Origin: Candidatus Sumerlaeia bacterium
GTDB lineage: Bacteria; Sumerlaeota; Sumerlaeia; SLMS01
Length of the DNA: 53,047 nt
Direction: 5' to 3'
Assembly (NCBI GenBank): GCA_038208905.1
Contig: JBBQYG010000007.1
Coordinates: 1 to 53,047 of the forward strand
Position 1 is the first letter of the stretch; every line of letters starts with the position of its first letter. A program made the position numbers and the translations under genes. Of this stretch, positions 36,482-47,700 are shown one piece after another. A model generated the notes under the pieces. That model was not told the DNA's origin and did no database searches. It was given only the letters and a program-made list of their open reading frames with translations.

Positions 36482-38071
36482 TTAGGCCTCGGCGCCCTCG
36501 CCAACGGCAGCGGCGGGCTCCGGCTCCTCGAGCATCAGCTTTTCCGTCACGTACTTCTCGAAGGCGTCCACGACCGCAGGATCGAACTGCTTCCCGCTTA
36601 GAGACTTGATCTTGTCCAAAGCCTCCAGGAACGTGAGCGGCTTGTTGTAGCTTCGCTGGCTGGTCATTGCGTCGAATACGTCCGCAACCGCCAACATGCG
36701 CGCCTGAAGGGGGCAGTCCTCGCCCTTTAGCCCATCGGGGTAGCCGCTGCCGTCCCAACGCTCGTGATGGCCGCGGATGTACGGCAGCACGTCCTGCAGG
36801 TAGGTGATCGGCTGGAGGATCTTTTCGCCCATCGCCACGTGGTCCTTCACGGACGAGTACTCCGTGTCGGTTAGTTTCCCCGGCTTGTTGATGATGCCTT
36901 CCTTCACGCCGATCTTGCCGATGTCGTGCAGGTCCGCCGCCGTGCGGATGCGCTCCACCATGCGCTTATCCATGCCGAAGGCGATGGCGAGGCCGACCGC
37001 GTATTTGCTGACCCGGGCGGTGTGACCCTTGGTGTAGGGGTCCTTCGCCTCGATCGCGTTGACGAAGGATTGCAGCGTCTGGTGGTAGTGCGTCTGCAAC
37101 GTGTCGCAAAGGAAGGAATTCTCGATCGCCACCGCGCACTGGTTGGCAAAGGCGGAAACGACCTCGGCGTCCAGCTCGTCGTAGTTGATGTTCTGCATCC
37201 GGTTGTCGATGTAGATCGCGCCCAGGGGCTTGTCGCCGGAGATGAGCGGAGCGCAAATCACGGACTTCACCGCGAATCCGATGATGGAGTCGCTCTGCGC
37301 CAGCGCCGCGTCCTGCTGCGTGTCGCTGGCGATGATCGTGCAACCCTCGTTGATGGCGCGGTTCATCACGGTGCTGGAGATATTCATGCTCGGCTCGCGC
37401 TTGGGATCGCGGCACGCGGCATAGGTGGGTAGGAACTTCTTCTTCTCCTCGTTGTAGAGGAGGATCACGACGTTCTCCGCGGCGGCGAATATCTCGAAGA
37501 GGCTCGCGCCGACCTTCTCCATCAGCTCGTTCAGGGGAACCAGGCGCGTCAGCGTCTGGGACATGCTGAAGATGTTCTTCAGGCCGTTGAGCAGGCGCTG
37601 GGTCTTGACGAGTTCGTAGCGTTCCGCCTCGCTGATCTCCGGCTGGTTTTCCTTATAGTAGTCGAAGATCGCGGCGAATTTGTCGGCCAGCGCGTCGGCC
37701 TTCACCGACGTGGCGTTCACCACGCCCGTGACCGTGGACTCCGAATGGACGAAGTTGATCGTCCGGAAGTCGGACTCCTCCAGAATCTGGAACTCGGAAG
37801 ATCCCAGCTTGATCACGTCGCCGATATTGATGTCGGCGTCGGCGATGCGCTTCCCGTTCAGGTACGAGCCGTTGGTCGAGCGGTTGTCCTGATACAGCAG
37901 GCGCCCGTCCTTGACCATGAACGTGCCATGGTGGCGGGAGACCTTGGGATCGTCCAAGATGATGTCGCATACGGATTCGCGCCCAACGGTGGTCGATGCA
38001 CCGATCTCGAAGCGCAGGCCGTTGGCGACACCGCTATGGCAATAGATCGTGATACTGGCTGTAGAGTTCAC
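36482..38071 (-). CDS. FHA-GAF-HD-GYP phosphodiesterase
   Basis: FHA (VGR, VSRHH, STNGSYLNG); GAF (SVICAPL, GAIYIDN); HD-GYP (DPYTKGH, HDIGK, HHERWDGSGYP). Start is GTG 38071 or slightly upstream. Confidence 0.92.
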   Translation of the reverse strand: MNSTASITIYCHSGVANGLRFEIGASTTVGRESVCDIILDDPKVSRHHGTFMVKDGRLLYQDNRSTNGSYLNGKRIADADINIGDVIKLGSSEFQILEESDFRTINFVHSESTVTGVVNATSVKADALADKFAAIFDYYKENQPEISEAERYELVKTQRLLNGLKNIFSMSQTLTRLVPLNELMEKVGASLFEIFAAAENVVILLYNEEKKKFLPTYAACRDPKREPSMNISSTVMNRAINEGCTIIASDTQQDAALAQSDSIIGFAVKSVICAPLISGDKPLGAIYIDNRMQNINYDELDAEVVSAFANQCAVAIENSFLCDTLQTHYHQTLQSFVNAIEAKDPYTKGHTARVSKYAVGLAIAFGMDKRMVERIRTAADLHDIGKIGVKEGIINKPGKLTDTEYSSVKDHVAMGEKILQPITYLQDVLPYIRGHHERWDGSGYPDGLKGEDCPLQARMLAVADVFDAMTSQRSYNKPLTFLEALDKIKSLSGKQFDPAVVDAFEKYVTEKLMLEEPEPAAAVGEGAEA

Positions 38072-38307
38072 GTGCTGGCAGTCAGGAGTCGGGAGAGTAT
38101 CCGGCGGGTGTGCCCAAGAGTTCGGGTGCATGTGTAAAATCTGGGTACGGGAACTGTCAAGGCAGGTTTCCCGCAACCCCCCCGCTACTTGGAATGCATC
38201 GGGCGAAGTTGCTATCGACTGGAGCGAGAATGCAAGGCCGGAGATTGGTAATCCCCGACTTGGACTGCCTTGACTCGACCAGCTTCCCGGGGTTGCCTCT
38301 CCGGTGG

Positions 38308-39351
38308 TTACCGGATGCTGACCTCGATCTTGTGCATAAGGTCGAGCGAATCCAGCACCTTGCCGGCGCCCTCCACGATGGCTGTTTCCGGGTTCTTGCA
38401 CAGGTACACGGGCAGGCCGGTCTCCCGCGCGATCAACTTATCCAGGTTGCGCAACTGGCTGGAGCCACCCGCCATGCAGATGCCGCGGTCGATGATGTCG
38501 CCCGCCAGCTCGGAAGGGGTCTTCTCCAGCGTGCTCTTCACCGCGTTCAGGATCGTCATGATCGGGTCCATCAGGGCCTCTCGGATTTCCTCGCTGTGGA
38601 CCTCGATGGTGCGCGGAAGGCCCCCCATCACGTCGTTCCCCTTTACGGTCATGATCAACTCCTCCTTCAGCCTGTCCGCGGAGCCGATATAAATCTTGAT
38701 GTCTTCCGCCGTGCGCGGACCGATGACAAGGTTGTACTTGCGCTTGATATGCTGAACGATCGCCTCGTCCATCGCGTCCCCTGCGCAGCGCACCGATGTC
38801 GCGTGGACGATGCCGCCAAGGGAGATCACCGCCACCTCCGTGGTGCCGCCGCCGATGTCGATGATCATGTTGCCGATCGGCTCCTCCACCGGCAGCCCCG
38901 CGCCCATCGCGGCCGCCATCGGCTCCTCGATCAGGTGTACGACACGCGCGCCAGCCTGCAACGCGCTCTCGCGCACGGCCCGCTTCTCCACCTCGGTGAT
39001 GCCGCTCGGCACGCTTACCACAACGCGGGGCCGCGTCAGGTACTTGTAGCCGCGGCCCTTCTGGACTTGGCGGATGAAGTAGTTCAGCATCTCCTGCGTC
39101 ACGTCGAAGTCGGCAATCACGCCGTCCTTCATGGGGCGAATGGCCGTGATATTGGCGGGCGTGCGGCCAAGCATCCGCTTGGCCTCCATGCCCACCGCGA
39201 GCACCTTGCCGGTGCTTTTCTCGATGGCGACCACGGAGGGCTCGCGCAGGACGATTCCCTCGCCCTTGACGAACACGAGCGAATTCGCCGTGCCGAGGTC
39301 TATTCCAATGTCGATGGTAAAATAGTCGAAGAGCTGCTGGAGAGCGATCAT
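38308..39351 (-). CDS. mreB: Rod shape-determining protein MreB
   Basis: IGIDLGTANS, RPMKDGVIADF, PSGITEVEKRA, EEPMAAA, DIGGGTTE. Start is ATG 39351. Confidence 0.97.
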   Translation of the reverse strand: MIALQQLFDYFTIDIGIDLGTANSLVFVKGEGIVLREPSVVAIEKSTGKVLAVGMEAKRMLGRTPANITAIRPMKDGVIADFDVTQEMLNYFIRQVQKGRGYKYLTRPRVVVSVPSGITEVEKRAVRESALQAGARVVHLIEEPMAAAMGAGLPVEEPIGNMIIDIGGGTTEVAVISLGGIVHATSVRCAGDAMDEAIVQHIKRKYNLVIGPRTAEDIKIYIGSADRLKEELIMTVKGNDVMGGLPRTIEVHSEEIREALMDPIMTILNAVKSTLEKTPSELAGDIIDRGICMAGGSSQLRNLDKLIARETGLPVYLCKNPETAIVEGAGKVLDSLDLMHKIEVSIR

Positions 39352-39777
39352 GGGCGGAAGAGCATCCGGAGCGGGAGGTAGCGGCAACAACAGGAGCGGG
39401 AACGGCCAGCGCGGGCGTCTTGGAATCGAAATCCCACGAACGCCCATAAGCCAGAGCAGGAACCCCGGACCCCGACACGGTCAAGATCAAAAGTTGGGGA
39501 AAAATGAGTTCGTGAATCGCGCCCAGATCGTCCTTCTTCCGAAGGTCGATTGGTCTCTAGTGTCTTACCTTCTGGAACCTATACGCTTTCGTACTTTTGT
39601 GGATGGCTTGAGAAAGCTTATCTGTCCAGCGGCAGCGAGTTCTCCATAGAGCTCGAAGAGGAAGCGAACGCGCGAGAGTTCCCTACCGCCTCACCGAGTG
39701 GCCGCGCACGAGCGAGGAAAAGCTCGCGATGTTCACGCGGCCGCTGAATCTCGAAAAGTCAATCAACGAGGCCTAGC

Positions 39778-40905
39778 CTATCCCAACGCCCCCCGCGCGG
39801 CCACGGGCCAGAGGCATTCCACGCGGCCGCGGCGAATGCCCACGTACCAGTCATAGTGGTCCACCGTGGGATCGCAGTGGCCGGGGACGAGGCGGAGCTT
39901 CTCGCCGAGGCGAGGCGCGACGACGCAGGCGGAATCGTACTCCAGCTTGCCGTGTTCGTCGGACGAGCCCGTATAGACAAGTCCCGGGCGATTCCAAAGG
40001 AGGGGCAGCCCGGAATCCACCGCGACCGCCTTGTGTCCGGCATCAAGCACCGCGACGCCGGGGCGCGGAGTGCTCATGACGGTGGAGAGAACGAAGAGCG
40101 ACTGGCGGAAGGGAGACCGCGTCGCGCCGGAGGCGTCGAGATTCCGCGCATAGTCCGCATCCATGAAGATATAGCTGCCCGCTTGAATCTCTGTATAGAC
40201 ACCCGTGGCGGCCTCGAATCCAAACGTCCCCGTGCCGCCGCCGCCCACGATGGGGCAAGGGAGGCCATTGCTTGCCAACAACTCCACGGTCTGCCGGGCC
40301 GCGTCGGTGGCGAAGTCGATGGCGGCGGCACGTTCCGCGAAGGTGCGCTTGTGCTGGGCGCTCCCTTGGTAGGCCTGGATTCCGCCGAAGTCGAGAAATG
40401 GCAAGGCGGCGACGCGTTGAGCCAGAGCCAGCGCGGCATCGCCGGAAGCCACCCCGCAACGTCCCGCCCCGGCGTCGATTTCCACGAGTACCGACAGGCG
40501 CACGCCGCCGTCTTCCGCGGCGCGGCCCAAGGCATCCACCTGATCCGCGTGATCGACGCACACGGCGATGCGGGCGATGCGTGCCAGCGCCGCGAGCCGC
40601 GCCAATTTCGCGGCGCCGACGACCTCGTTGCTGACGAGAATGTCCTTCACGCCGCCCCAGGCGAGCACCTCCGCCTCCGCGACCTTCTGGACACACTGGC
40701 CCACGGCGCCCCGGGCCGCTTGCAGGTGGGCGATAACGGGGCTCTTGTGCGTCTTGGCGTGGGCGCGAAGCCGCACCCCCGTCGGCTCCAGCAGGCGAGC
40801 CATCGTGTCAATATTCGCCTCGAAGTCGTCGAGTTCGACGAGGAGTGCGGGGGTATCGACTTCGTCTTCGCGCATACCGGGCTGCGCGGGGGGCGGCTGC
40901 ATCAT
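39778..40905 (-). CDS. DSD1-family PLP enzyme (D-threonine / 3-hydroxy-D-aspartate aldolase-like)
   Basis: DTPALL, RAHAKTHK (PLP lysine), GGGTGT, EIQAGSYIFMD, SDEHG, PGHCDPT. Confidence 0.92.
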   Translation of the reverse strand: MMQPPPAQPGMREDEVDTPALLVELDDFEANIDTMARLLEPTGVRLRAHAKTHKSPVIAHLQAARGAVGQCVQKVAEAEVLAWGGVKDILVSNEVVGAAKLARLAALARIARIAVCVDHADQVDALGRAAEDGGVRLSVLVEIDAGAGRCGVASGDAALALAQRVAALPFLDFGGIQAYQGSAQHKRTFAERAAAIDFATDAARQTVELLASNGLPCPIVGGGGTGTFGFEAATGVYTEIQAGSYIFMDADYARNLDASGATRSPFRQSLFVLSTVMSTPRPGVAVLDAGHKAVAVDSGLPLLWNRPGLVYTGSSDEHGKLEYDSACVVAPRLGEKLRLVPGHCDPTVDHYDWYVGIRRGRVECLWPVAARGALG

Positions 40906-40990
40906 CGGAGGCTCCGGATTGTCACATTCACAATTCGCTCACCGTCGAACGTGTAACTTCCTCTCCGCGGGCAGCGGCAAGGGCAAGACT

Positions 40991-42880
40991 TCATGGGGAT
41001 GTCGCTCCCTGCTCGGGAGCGTCCCACCGCACCAGGCTCTGGGACTGCGCATCATAGCGTAACGCCCTCCGCTCTGGCAGCGCCTCCACGAGCGCGCGGT
41101 TCTTCTCCCTGCCGAGATCGAGTGCAAACAGCGGCCCGTCGGGCCATCGCGCGTTCAGAGGCGCGACGGTGTAGGAGAACGCCGTGCCGACGAAGACAAG
41201 CGCGCTGGCATCGCCGAGGACGGGCTCCACCGCGCGCATGATGGGCCGCTGCGATGCGGAGGAGACGCGCTCCACCGCGCCTAGCTTTTCCGCCGCAAAG
41301 GGCACGGAGGAACCCACCGCCAGTGCCAGAGCAAGCGCCCCCACCAGCGGCCCAGATCCCGCGCCGGCCCTGTTCCCCCAGGCGATCAGAACCTCCACGC
41401 CCCGTGCGGCGAGAATTGCGAGTAATGGTAGCGCCTCGTACATGAATCGCGGGCCATACCATCCGTCCTGATAGTGGTAGGGGAAATATGCGAGGGCGAG
41501 GCACGCCGCTAGTCCAAGGCACAGCCAGTCCGTCCGCCTTGGCCGACCCCCCACGAATGGCAGCAACGCCAGGAGGAATCCCCCACATGGTAGCGGAAGA
41601 AAGTAATCGTCGAGCAGATAGAGATTATTGAGCACATGGGCAAGTCCTTGGGCAGTAGGAAACTTCGCCGTAAATCCGTACTGAGTGTACTCCACATTCA
41701 CATCCGAGTAGGCAGTTGCAAAAGGAGAACCATTGCACACCCAGTTGAAGGCGAGATGGAAGGAAGCGGGAATCGCCGCAGCCGCCAGCGAAGCCGCGAG
41801 GGAACCGGTGGGGTTCGGCAATCGGCGCAACGGGCCCACCGCTCCCCACACCAGCAGCAGTGGAAGAAACCCCACAACCGTCAGGGGGCGCGTGATCGTC
41901 GCGATGCCGAGCGCAAGGCCCATGATCGCCGCATCGCAAATGGGACGGCGCGACGTCGGGAGGCGGGCGATCTGCCAAATGGCCAGCAGGATGAAGAATG
42001 CGGTGGAACCATGACTCATGAATCCCGATTGCATTTGCAGGAAGTACGGCGACAGCGCGAGCAGCATCGCGCTCCAGCAGCCCACGGCGGGACCGTGGAA
42101 GCGGTCGCAAATCTTCCACGTGAGAAGGAAGACACCCGCCCCGAAGAAGGAATTCGCCGCCCAGGCTAGGTTCGCCAAATCAAATAGTGCGAGCCACGCC
42201 ATGTGGCCCGGAGTATATTGCGAGAACCACCCGCGCGGGCCACAGTAGATGTTGCCGAGCCAGAAGAACTCGGGATGGGGCGGCGCTTCCAGCACAAACA
42301 GCCCGCGCTTCAGAATCCGCGCGTGAAAAAGCTCCGCTGCCGAGTCCACCACATACGGAATCCCCGCGTGCTGCCACCAGCCAAGGGACGCGAGAACAAT
42401 TCCAATCCCGATTGCCAGAGCCATCTGGAGGGGCGCGGGAGGCGCCCCTACCTTCTCCCACGGCACCCTCCGTAGCAGCGCGGCCAGCCCATTCCACCGC
42501 CAATTCAGCCACCAGAGTGCACCAGCCACCACGAGCGTAACGCCCGCGACGAATTCCAATGGGAGCCGTATCGCGAGCGTCCCCGACAGCGCCAGCAGGC
42601 TACATCCGGCGACTTCCAGCACTCCGCGCCGCGCAGCCCCGCGCGGTAGCAGGCCAAGTATGACAACACCAAGGACGAGCAGGATGGCGCTGGGCTCGAA
42701 CGTCCATTGATACAATCCTCGACCCGGAATCGAGATATGGAGTTGACGGTTGGATACGACGGCGAAGCCCATCATCCAGAGCGCCGCGATCACAGTCGTC
42801 GCAAACAGTAGGGCCGCGCCGCATCGCACGGCGAACTGCCTCTGGGAGGTCAACTGAGAGTCGGGATTCTCTAGGGACAA
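40991..42880 (-). CDS. GT-C-like membrane glycosyltransferase
   Basis: Many TM segments; PYVVDSA, FSQYTPG, FMSH, TITRPL, GPRFMYE. Confidence 0.75.
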   Translation of the reverse strand: MSLENPDSQLTSQRQFAVRCGAALLFATTVIAALWMMGFAVVSNRQLHISIPGRGLYQWTFEPSAILLVLGVVILGLLPRGAARRGVLEVAGCSLLALSGTLAIRLPLEFVAGVTLVVAGALWWLNWRWNGLAALLRRVPWEKVGAPPAPLQMALAIGIGIVLASLGWWQHAGIPYVVDSAAELFHARILKRGLFVLEAPPHPEFFWLGNIYCGPRGWFSQYTPGHMAWLALFDLANLAWAANSFFGAGVFLLTWKICDRFHGPAVGCWSAMLLALSPYFLQMQSGFMSHGSTAFFILLAIWQIARLPTSRRPICDAAIMGLALGIATITRPLTVVGFLPLLLVWGAVGPLRRLPNPTGSLAASLAAAAIPASFHLAFNWVCNGSPFATAYSDVNVEYTQYGFTAKFPTAQGLAHVLNNLYLLDDYFLPLPCGGFLLALLPFVGGRPRRTDWLCLGLAACLALAYFPYHYQDGWYGPRFMYEALPLLAILAARGVEVLIAWGNRAGAGSGPLVGALALALAVGSSVPFAAEKLGAVERVSSASQRPIMRAVEPVLGDASALVFVGTAFSYTVAPLNARWPDGPLFALDLGREKNRALVEALPERRALRYDAQSQSLVRWDAPEQGATSP

Positions 42881-43016
42881 TGGAGGCGAGTCGTGATCTA
42901 GTTGCCGCTCCAGCAGGATTGCGGGAGGATGAGTGCAACCCTTGAATGTGTCAAGAGCCCCCGGCTGCCTCCAGGTTCGCTGTATGATCCGGGCTGATGC
43001 TTCCAGTGGCCACGAA

Positions 43017-43559
43017 CTACCTCAGAAAATACTCCAGCCACGTCGCCAGTCCCTTTTCGCCTTGCGAGTCGTACTTCAAGGGCTTGACGCAGTCTTCCTT
43101 GGCGATCGTGACAAGGGGGGTGTAGCTGGTCTTCTCGCCGTGGACAGAAGACTTGCGGAAGAAGCCTTTCTCTCCCGTCGATGCGGAGAGGACGATGACG
43201 GGAATCCCGCTAATGAGAGCCTTCTCCTCGCACTGCTTCCAGAGCGCATCGATGAAATCCCAGCCGTCCATCACGGGCATCTGGAGATCCGTCACGATCA
43301 GGATGGGATCGGTGCCGGAACTCTTGCGAATCATCTGCAGGACATCGAGGGCTTCCTGGCCATTCTCGGCCTCGTGGACCACCAGGCTGCTATCGACCGA
43401 CGTCAGCGACCGAGCGATCATGCGCCGGATGCTCGCCTCGTCATCCACGATCAACGCCCACTTTGGACCAGCCGCCGCCGCGCTGTTTCCAAAGGCGCGA
43501 AGGAACAATTTCTTCACATCCTCCGCAGGTCCTTTCTTTCCCTCGCTAGAAGTGCTCAT
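43017..43559 (-). CDS. Single-domain response regulator with insertions
   Basis: [32 protein letters not shown]. Confidence 0.88.
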   Translation of the reverse strand: MSTSSEGKKGPAEDVKKLFLRAFGNSAAAAGPKWALIVDDEASIRRMIARSLTSVDSSLVVHEAENGQEALDVLQMIRKSSGTDPILIVTDLQMPVMDGWDFIDALWKQCEEKALISGIPVIVLSASTGEKGFFRKSSVHGEKTSYTPLVTIAKEDCVKPLKYDSQGEKGLATWLEYFLR

Positions 43560-43637
43560 CGTCTCTATGTCCTGCCTTTTCCTTTTTTTAGCCCACGGGC
43601 GTGCGCCCTTGGTGTTATCCCAGTTTGCTTCCGCAAT

Positions 43638-44795
43638 CTAGTGAACTGGCAACCTGATCCAGAAGGTGCTTCCCTTGCCAACTTCACTATCGACGCCGAT
43701 GGTTCCGCCGTGGGCCTCCACCGCGAGCTTGCAGAACGTCAGGCCCAGCCCCGTGGAGGGCGTCATCCCTGCTTCCAGGTTCTCCACCTGCCCAAACTTC
43801 TCGAAAATGCGTTCGTGGTATTGCGGGGGAATTCCGGGCCCATTGTCGGCGATGGTGACCGTCGCCTGACCATCGGCCAGTTCCACGGCAACGTGCACCA
43901 GGCCGCTCGTTGGCGTGAACTTCAGCGCGTTGCCGACCAGGTTGGCGACAACCCGTCCCACAATCTCGCGGTCGCAATCAATGATGAGTTGCACGTCGAT
44001 TGGCTTGAGCACAACATGACGATCACGCGTCAGCGAGCCCAGCGTGACGATGGCCTCGGCGGCTACCTCATGGAGGTCGCAAGGCACCTTGTGCAGCGGC
44101 ATCTCGCCCGCCTCCAGCCTGCTCACATCCAACAACGAAGTGACCATCTCGCTTAGCCGCCGCGCGGACGCCATGGCCATCTCCAGATCGCCCGCCTGAT
44201 CCGGCTTGAGCGTCCCCGCCAATTCTTCCTGAAGCAATTCCAGGCTTCCGGAGAGTCCCATGAGCGGCGAGCGCAGGTCATGCACCACCATGTGTACCAG
44301 ATTGTCGCGCAGCCGCTCCAAGTTGCTCAGCTTCTCGTGTTTCTCCTTCAACTCCCGCTGCTGACGACGGAATGTCAGGTGCGTGTTCACACGGGCCAGA
44401 AGCTCGCGTGTGTTGAATGGCTTGGCGACGTAATCCGCCGCGCCTGCCTCGAAACCCTTGATGATGTCGACAGTGTCGGTCTTCGCCGTCAGAAAGATGA
44501 TCGGGATCTGGGCCCACTGCGGGTTCTCCTTGATCAGGCGGCACGTTTCCAACCCGTCGATGCCCGGCATCATCACGTCCAGCAGGATGAGCGCGGGCCT
44601 CGTGCGGGCCACCACCTCAATCGCCTGGGAGCCGTTCTGCGCCACGCTGATCAGATATCCATTCTCCTTCAGGATCGCCGCCAGCGTGTGAATGTTCGCG
44701 GGCGTATCGTCCACGATCAGGATTCTGTTGTCGGCGGGGGGAACCGCCGCACTTGGTTGGGTCCGGCTATTCGTCGATTGCGTCCTCTCGCTCAC
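43638..44795 (-). CDS. Hybrid REC-HisKA-HATPase kinase
   Basis: [41 protein letters not shown]. Confidence 0.95.
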   Translation of the reverse strand: MSERTQSTNSRTQPSAAVPPADNRILIVDDTPANIHTLAAILKENGYLISVAQNGSQAIEVVARTRPALILLDVMMPGIDGLETCRLIKENPQWAQIPIIFLTAKTDTVDIIKGFEAGAADYVAKPFNTRELLARVNTHLTFRRQQRELKEKHEKLSNLERLRDNLVHMVVHDLRSPLMGLSGSLELLQEELAGTLKPDQAGDLEMAMASARRLSEMVTSLLDVSRLEAGEMPLHKVPCDLHEVAAEAIVTLGSLTRDRHVVLKPIDVQLIIDCDREIVGRVVANLVGNALKFTPTSGLVHVAVELADGQATVTIADNGPGIPPQYHERIFEKFGQVENLEAGMTPSTGLGLTFCKLAVEAHGGTIGVDSEVGKGSTFWIRLPVH

Positions 44796-47700
44796 GCGGA
44801 CCCTCCCATTATGTTGGAATCGGGTGTCGGGGCAGCGAGTGCCATATTCCCTGTCGCGCCTTGGAGCCGGAGGAGCGCCTCCGCCAGCGAGAACTCGCCC
44901 ACTTCCTTCTCGAAGGCGGCCAGTGGCTCGTTCCCCATCATCGCGCGGAACGACTCACGGTTGGCTTCGAGACAATCCACTGCGGCGGAATCGAAATTGG
45001 TCAGGTACTCTGTCATTTCCGCCAGGACGCGTTGCTGCTCGGCAACGTCGGGTGGAGTCTTCACCGCCATTGCCGTGGTATCTTCCAGCGGAGGCAATGC
45101 AGGCCTAAGGCGGTCGCAGAAATCGTCCAGCACCAGCCGAAAGTTCTGCACCTCCGACCCCAGCTGCTCCGATGGCATTCCCGCCCCGATGGCCTTCTCC
45201 AGTGCCGCCGCCGCATGTTGCGCGCTGCCGCATCCCAGGTTCCCGGCGACTCCTCTCACGCTGTGGGCCAGCCTCTCCGCCAGTGCCACGTCGCCCGCCG
45301 CCAGTGCTTCGGCAATTTGGGTGGGAGTCCGGCAGTACTGGTCCACGAACTGGCGAAGGAACTTCAGGTATAGCTTTCGATTTCCGCCCAGCCTTCTCAA
45401 CCCGTCTTCCGCATCCAGTCCCTTGACGCAGGCGAGGTCATCGACCTCGGCCCCCGGGGGTTTCAACGGGCCCGGATTCGCAGCCGCGGCGGCAGGTTCC
45501 ATGATGCGTGCCCGGCAGTATCTGGCCAGCGTCTCGAACAGCAGGGCGGGATCGATGGGCTTGGACACGTGATCGTTCATCCCCGCGGCTAGGCAGGTCT
45601 GGCGCTCCTCCATCGTGGCGTGGGCCGTCATTGCGACGATTGGCAGGTGCAGGAACCGTGGATCGGATCGCAGCTTGGCGGTGGCCTGATAGCCATCCAT
45701 CACCGGCATCTGAAGGTCCATCAGCACCACTTCGAAGGGCGGCGGCTGCGGACCCTTCGAAAGGATGTCAACCGCCTCTTGCCCATTGTTGGCAATGCGT
45801 ACCGACGAGCCGGCGCCCTCGAGCAACTCCGCGGCGATCTGCTGATTGATTTCGTTGTCCTCGACCACGAGAAAGCGCGCCCCCTTCAACGCCTCGGGAG
45901 TTCCGCTCTCAATTGGTCCTTCGCCCTCGCCGGATTGGAGCGTTCCGAAGAGCGTCACCAGCATGTCCACGACCATGGACTTGGTGACGGGCTTGACAAG
46001 GAATCCATCGAGATTAAGCCGCTCGGCTTCCTCGCGAACTTCCTCGCGGCCAAACGCGGTCACCATCACAATGGCGGGTTGGACGCTGATCGTTTCGTCG
46101 CCCTTGATTTGGCGGCTTGCTTCCAGTCCGTCCATGCCGGGCATGCGCCAATCCATGAACACCAGGTCGAATGGATCGCTCGCGTCCCGCGCCCGGATGA
46201 GGGCAATTGCTTCGGGGCCGGAGGACACCGCCGTCACGTGCGCGGCAATCGCGTCGAGCGGCTCCTGCAGGATCTCCCGGGCTGCCGCGTTGTCGTCCAC
46301 AACGAGGATGCGAAGCCGCGACAGCCTCTCCGGGAATATCTTGCCTGATCCCTTGGCGACTCCAACTCCCAGCCAGACCGTGAAATAGAAGGTGCTCCCG
46401 ACGCCGGGCTCGCTCGTGTGCCAGACGCGGCCGCCCATCAGCTCGACGAGTCTTCGGCAGATCGTCAGCCCCAGCCCCGTGCCACCGTGTTTGCGTGTCG
46501 TTGACATGTCGGCCTGGGTGAACGGCTGAAAGAGCCGTGCCGACTGTTCTGGCGTCATTCCGATGCCGGTATCGCTCACGGCGAATTTGATCTGCACCTT
46601 CTCGCCCGTGCGCTCGAGCAGCGAGATGTTCAGCCGGACTTCGCCGCGCTCGGTGAACTTGATCGCGTTATTGATGAAGTTCGTCAGAGTCTGGGCGAGG
46701 CGATGTGGGTCGCCCAGCAGATACTCGGGAATGGCGGGCGAGAGATGGGCAAGGAATTCCAGCCCCTTGTCATTTGCCTTCTGCGCGGTGAGCGTCGTCA
46801 CCGAACTGATCACCTCGTCCAGTTGGAAATCCGTCGTCTCGATGTCGATCTTGCCCGCCTCGATCTTTGAGAAGTCCAGAATGTCGTTCACCACGCCCAG
46901 CAGCGACGTTCCGGCGTTGTGGATCTTGTTGAGATAGTCGCGCTGCTTGGGCGCGAGCGAGGTCTTCAAGGCGAGGTGCGAAAGGCCGATGATGGCATTC
47001 ATCGGCGTGCGGATTTCGTGGCTCATGTTGGCGAGGAAATGTGACTTCGTCTTCGTGGCGTCCTCGGCCTTCTCCTTGGCCGCAAGAACTTCGGCTGTCT
47101 GGATTTCCAACAGGCGCGCCTGCTCCTGCGTTTGGGCGAGCAACTCTTCCGTGCGCAGGTTGCGCTGGAGTATGGTCAGGCTCGTCCCCACCACCGGAAG
47201 CAATTCGTGGATCAGGGCCTCCTCGTGGGCCTTCAGGGGCCGGAATGTGGCGACCTCGATAACGGCAAGGAGCGCGCCCTGTGAGACGAGGGGCCACGCC
47301 ATGGCCTGCGACGGTGTGGCGCTTCCAAGTCCGGAAGAGATGGGCGAGTAGCCAGCGGGAAGATGACAGAGCGTGAGTGGCCTGCGCTCTCGTGCGCATT
47401 CGCCAACCAGACCTTCGCCGATCGCCAGGGTTTCCCTGGCTTTGCCAGCATCGTTTAGGCCATAGCTCGCAACCCGGCGCAGGCGCTCCGGTCCTTCTTC
47501 AAACGTGTAGAACGCGGCAACCCCGCCGCCCAGTTCCGGGACCAGGCCCGAGATAAGCCGTTGACCAAACTCGGCAAGCGTCGACGCATCCTGCAACTGG
47601 AGGGTCAGTCTCGCCGCGCCGGCCTTGGTCTTGCGCATTTCCTCGGTAGTTGCGGCGCCACGCTTCAGGACTTCGATGGATCTGGCCAATGCCCCCGATT

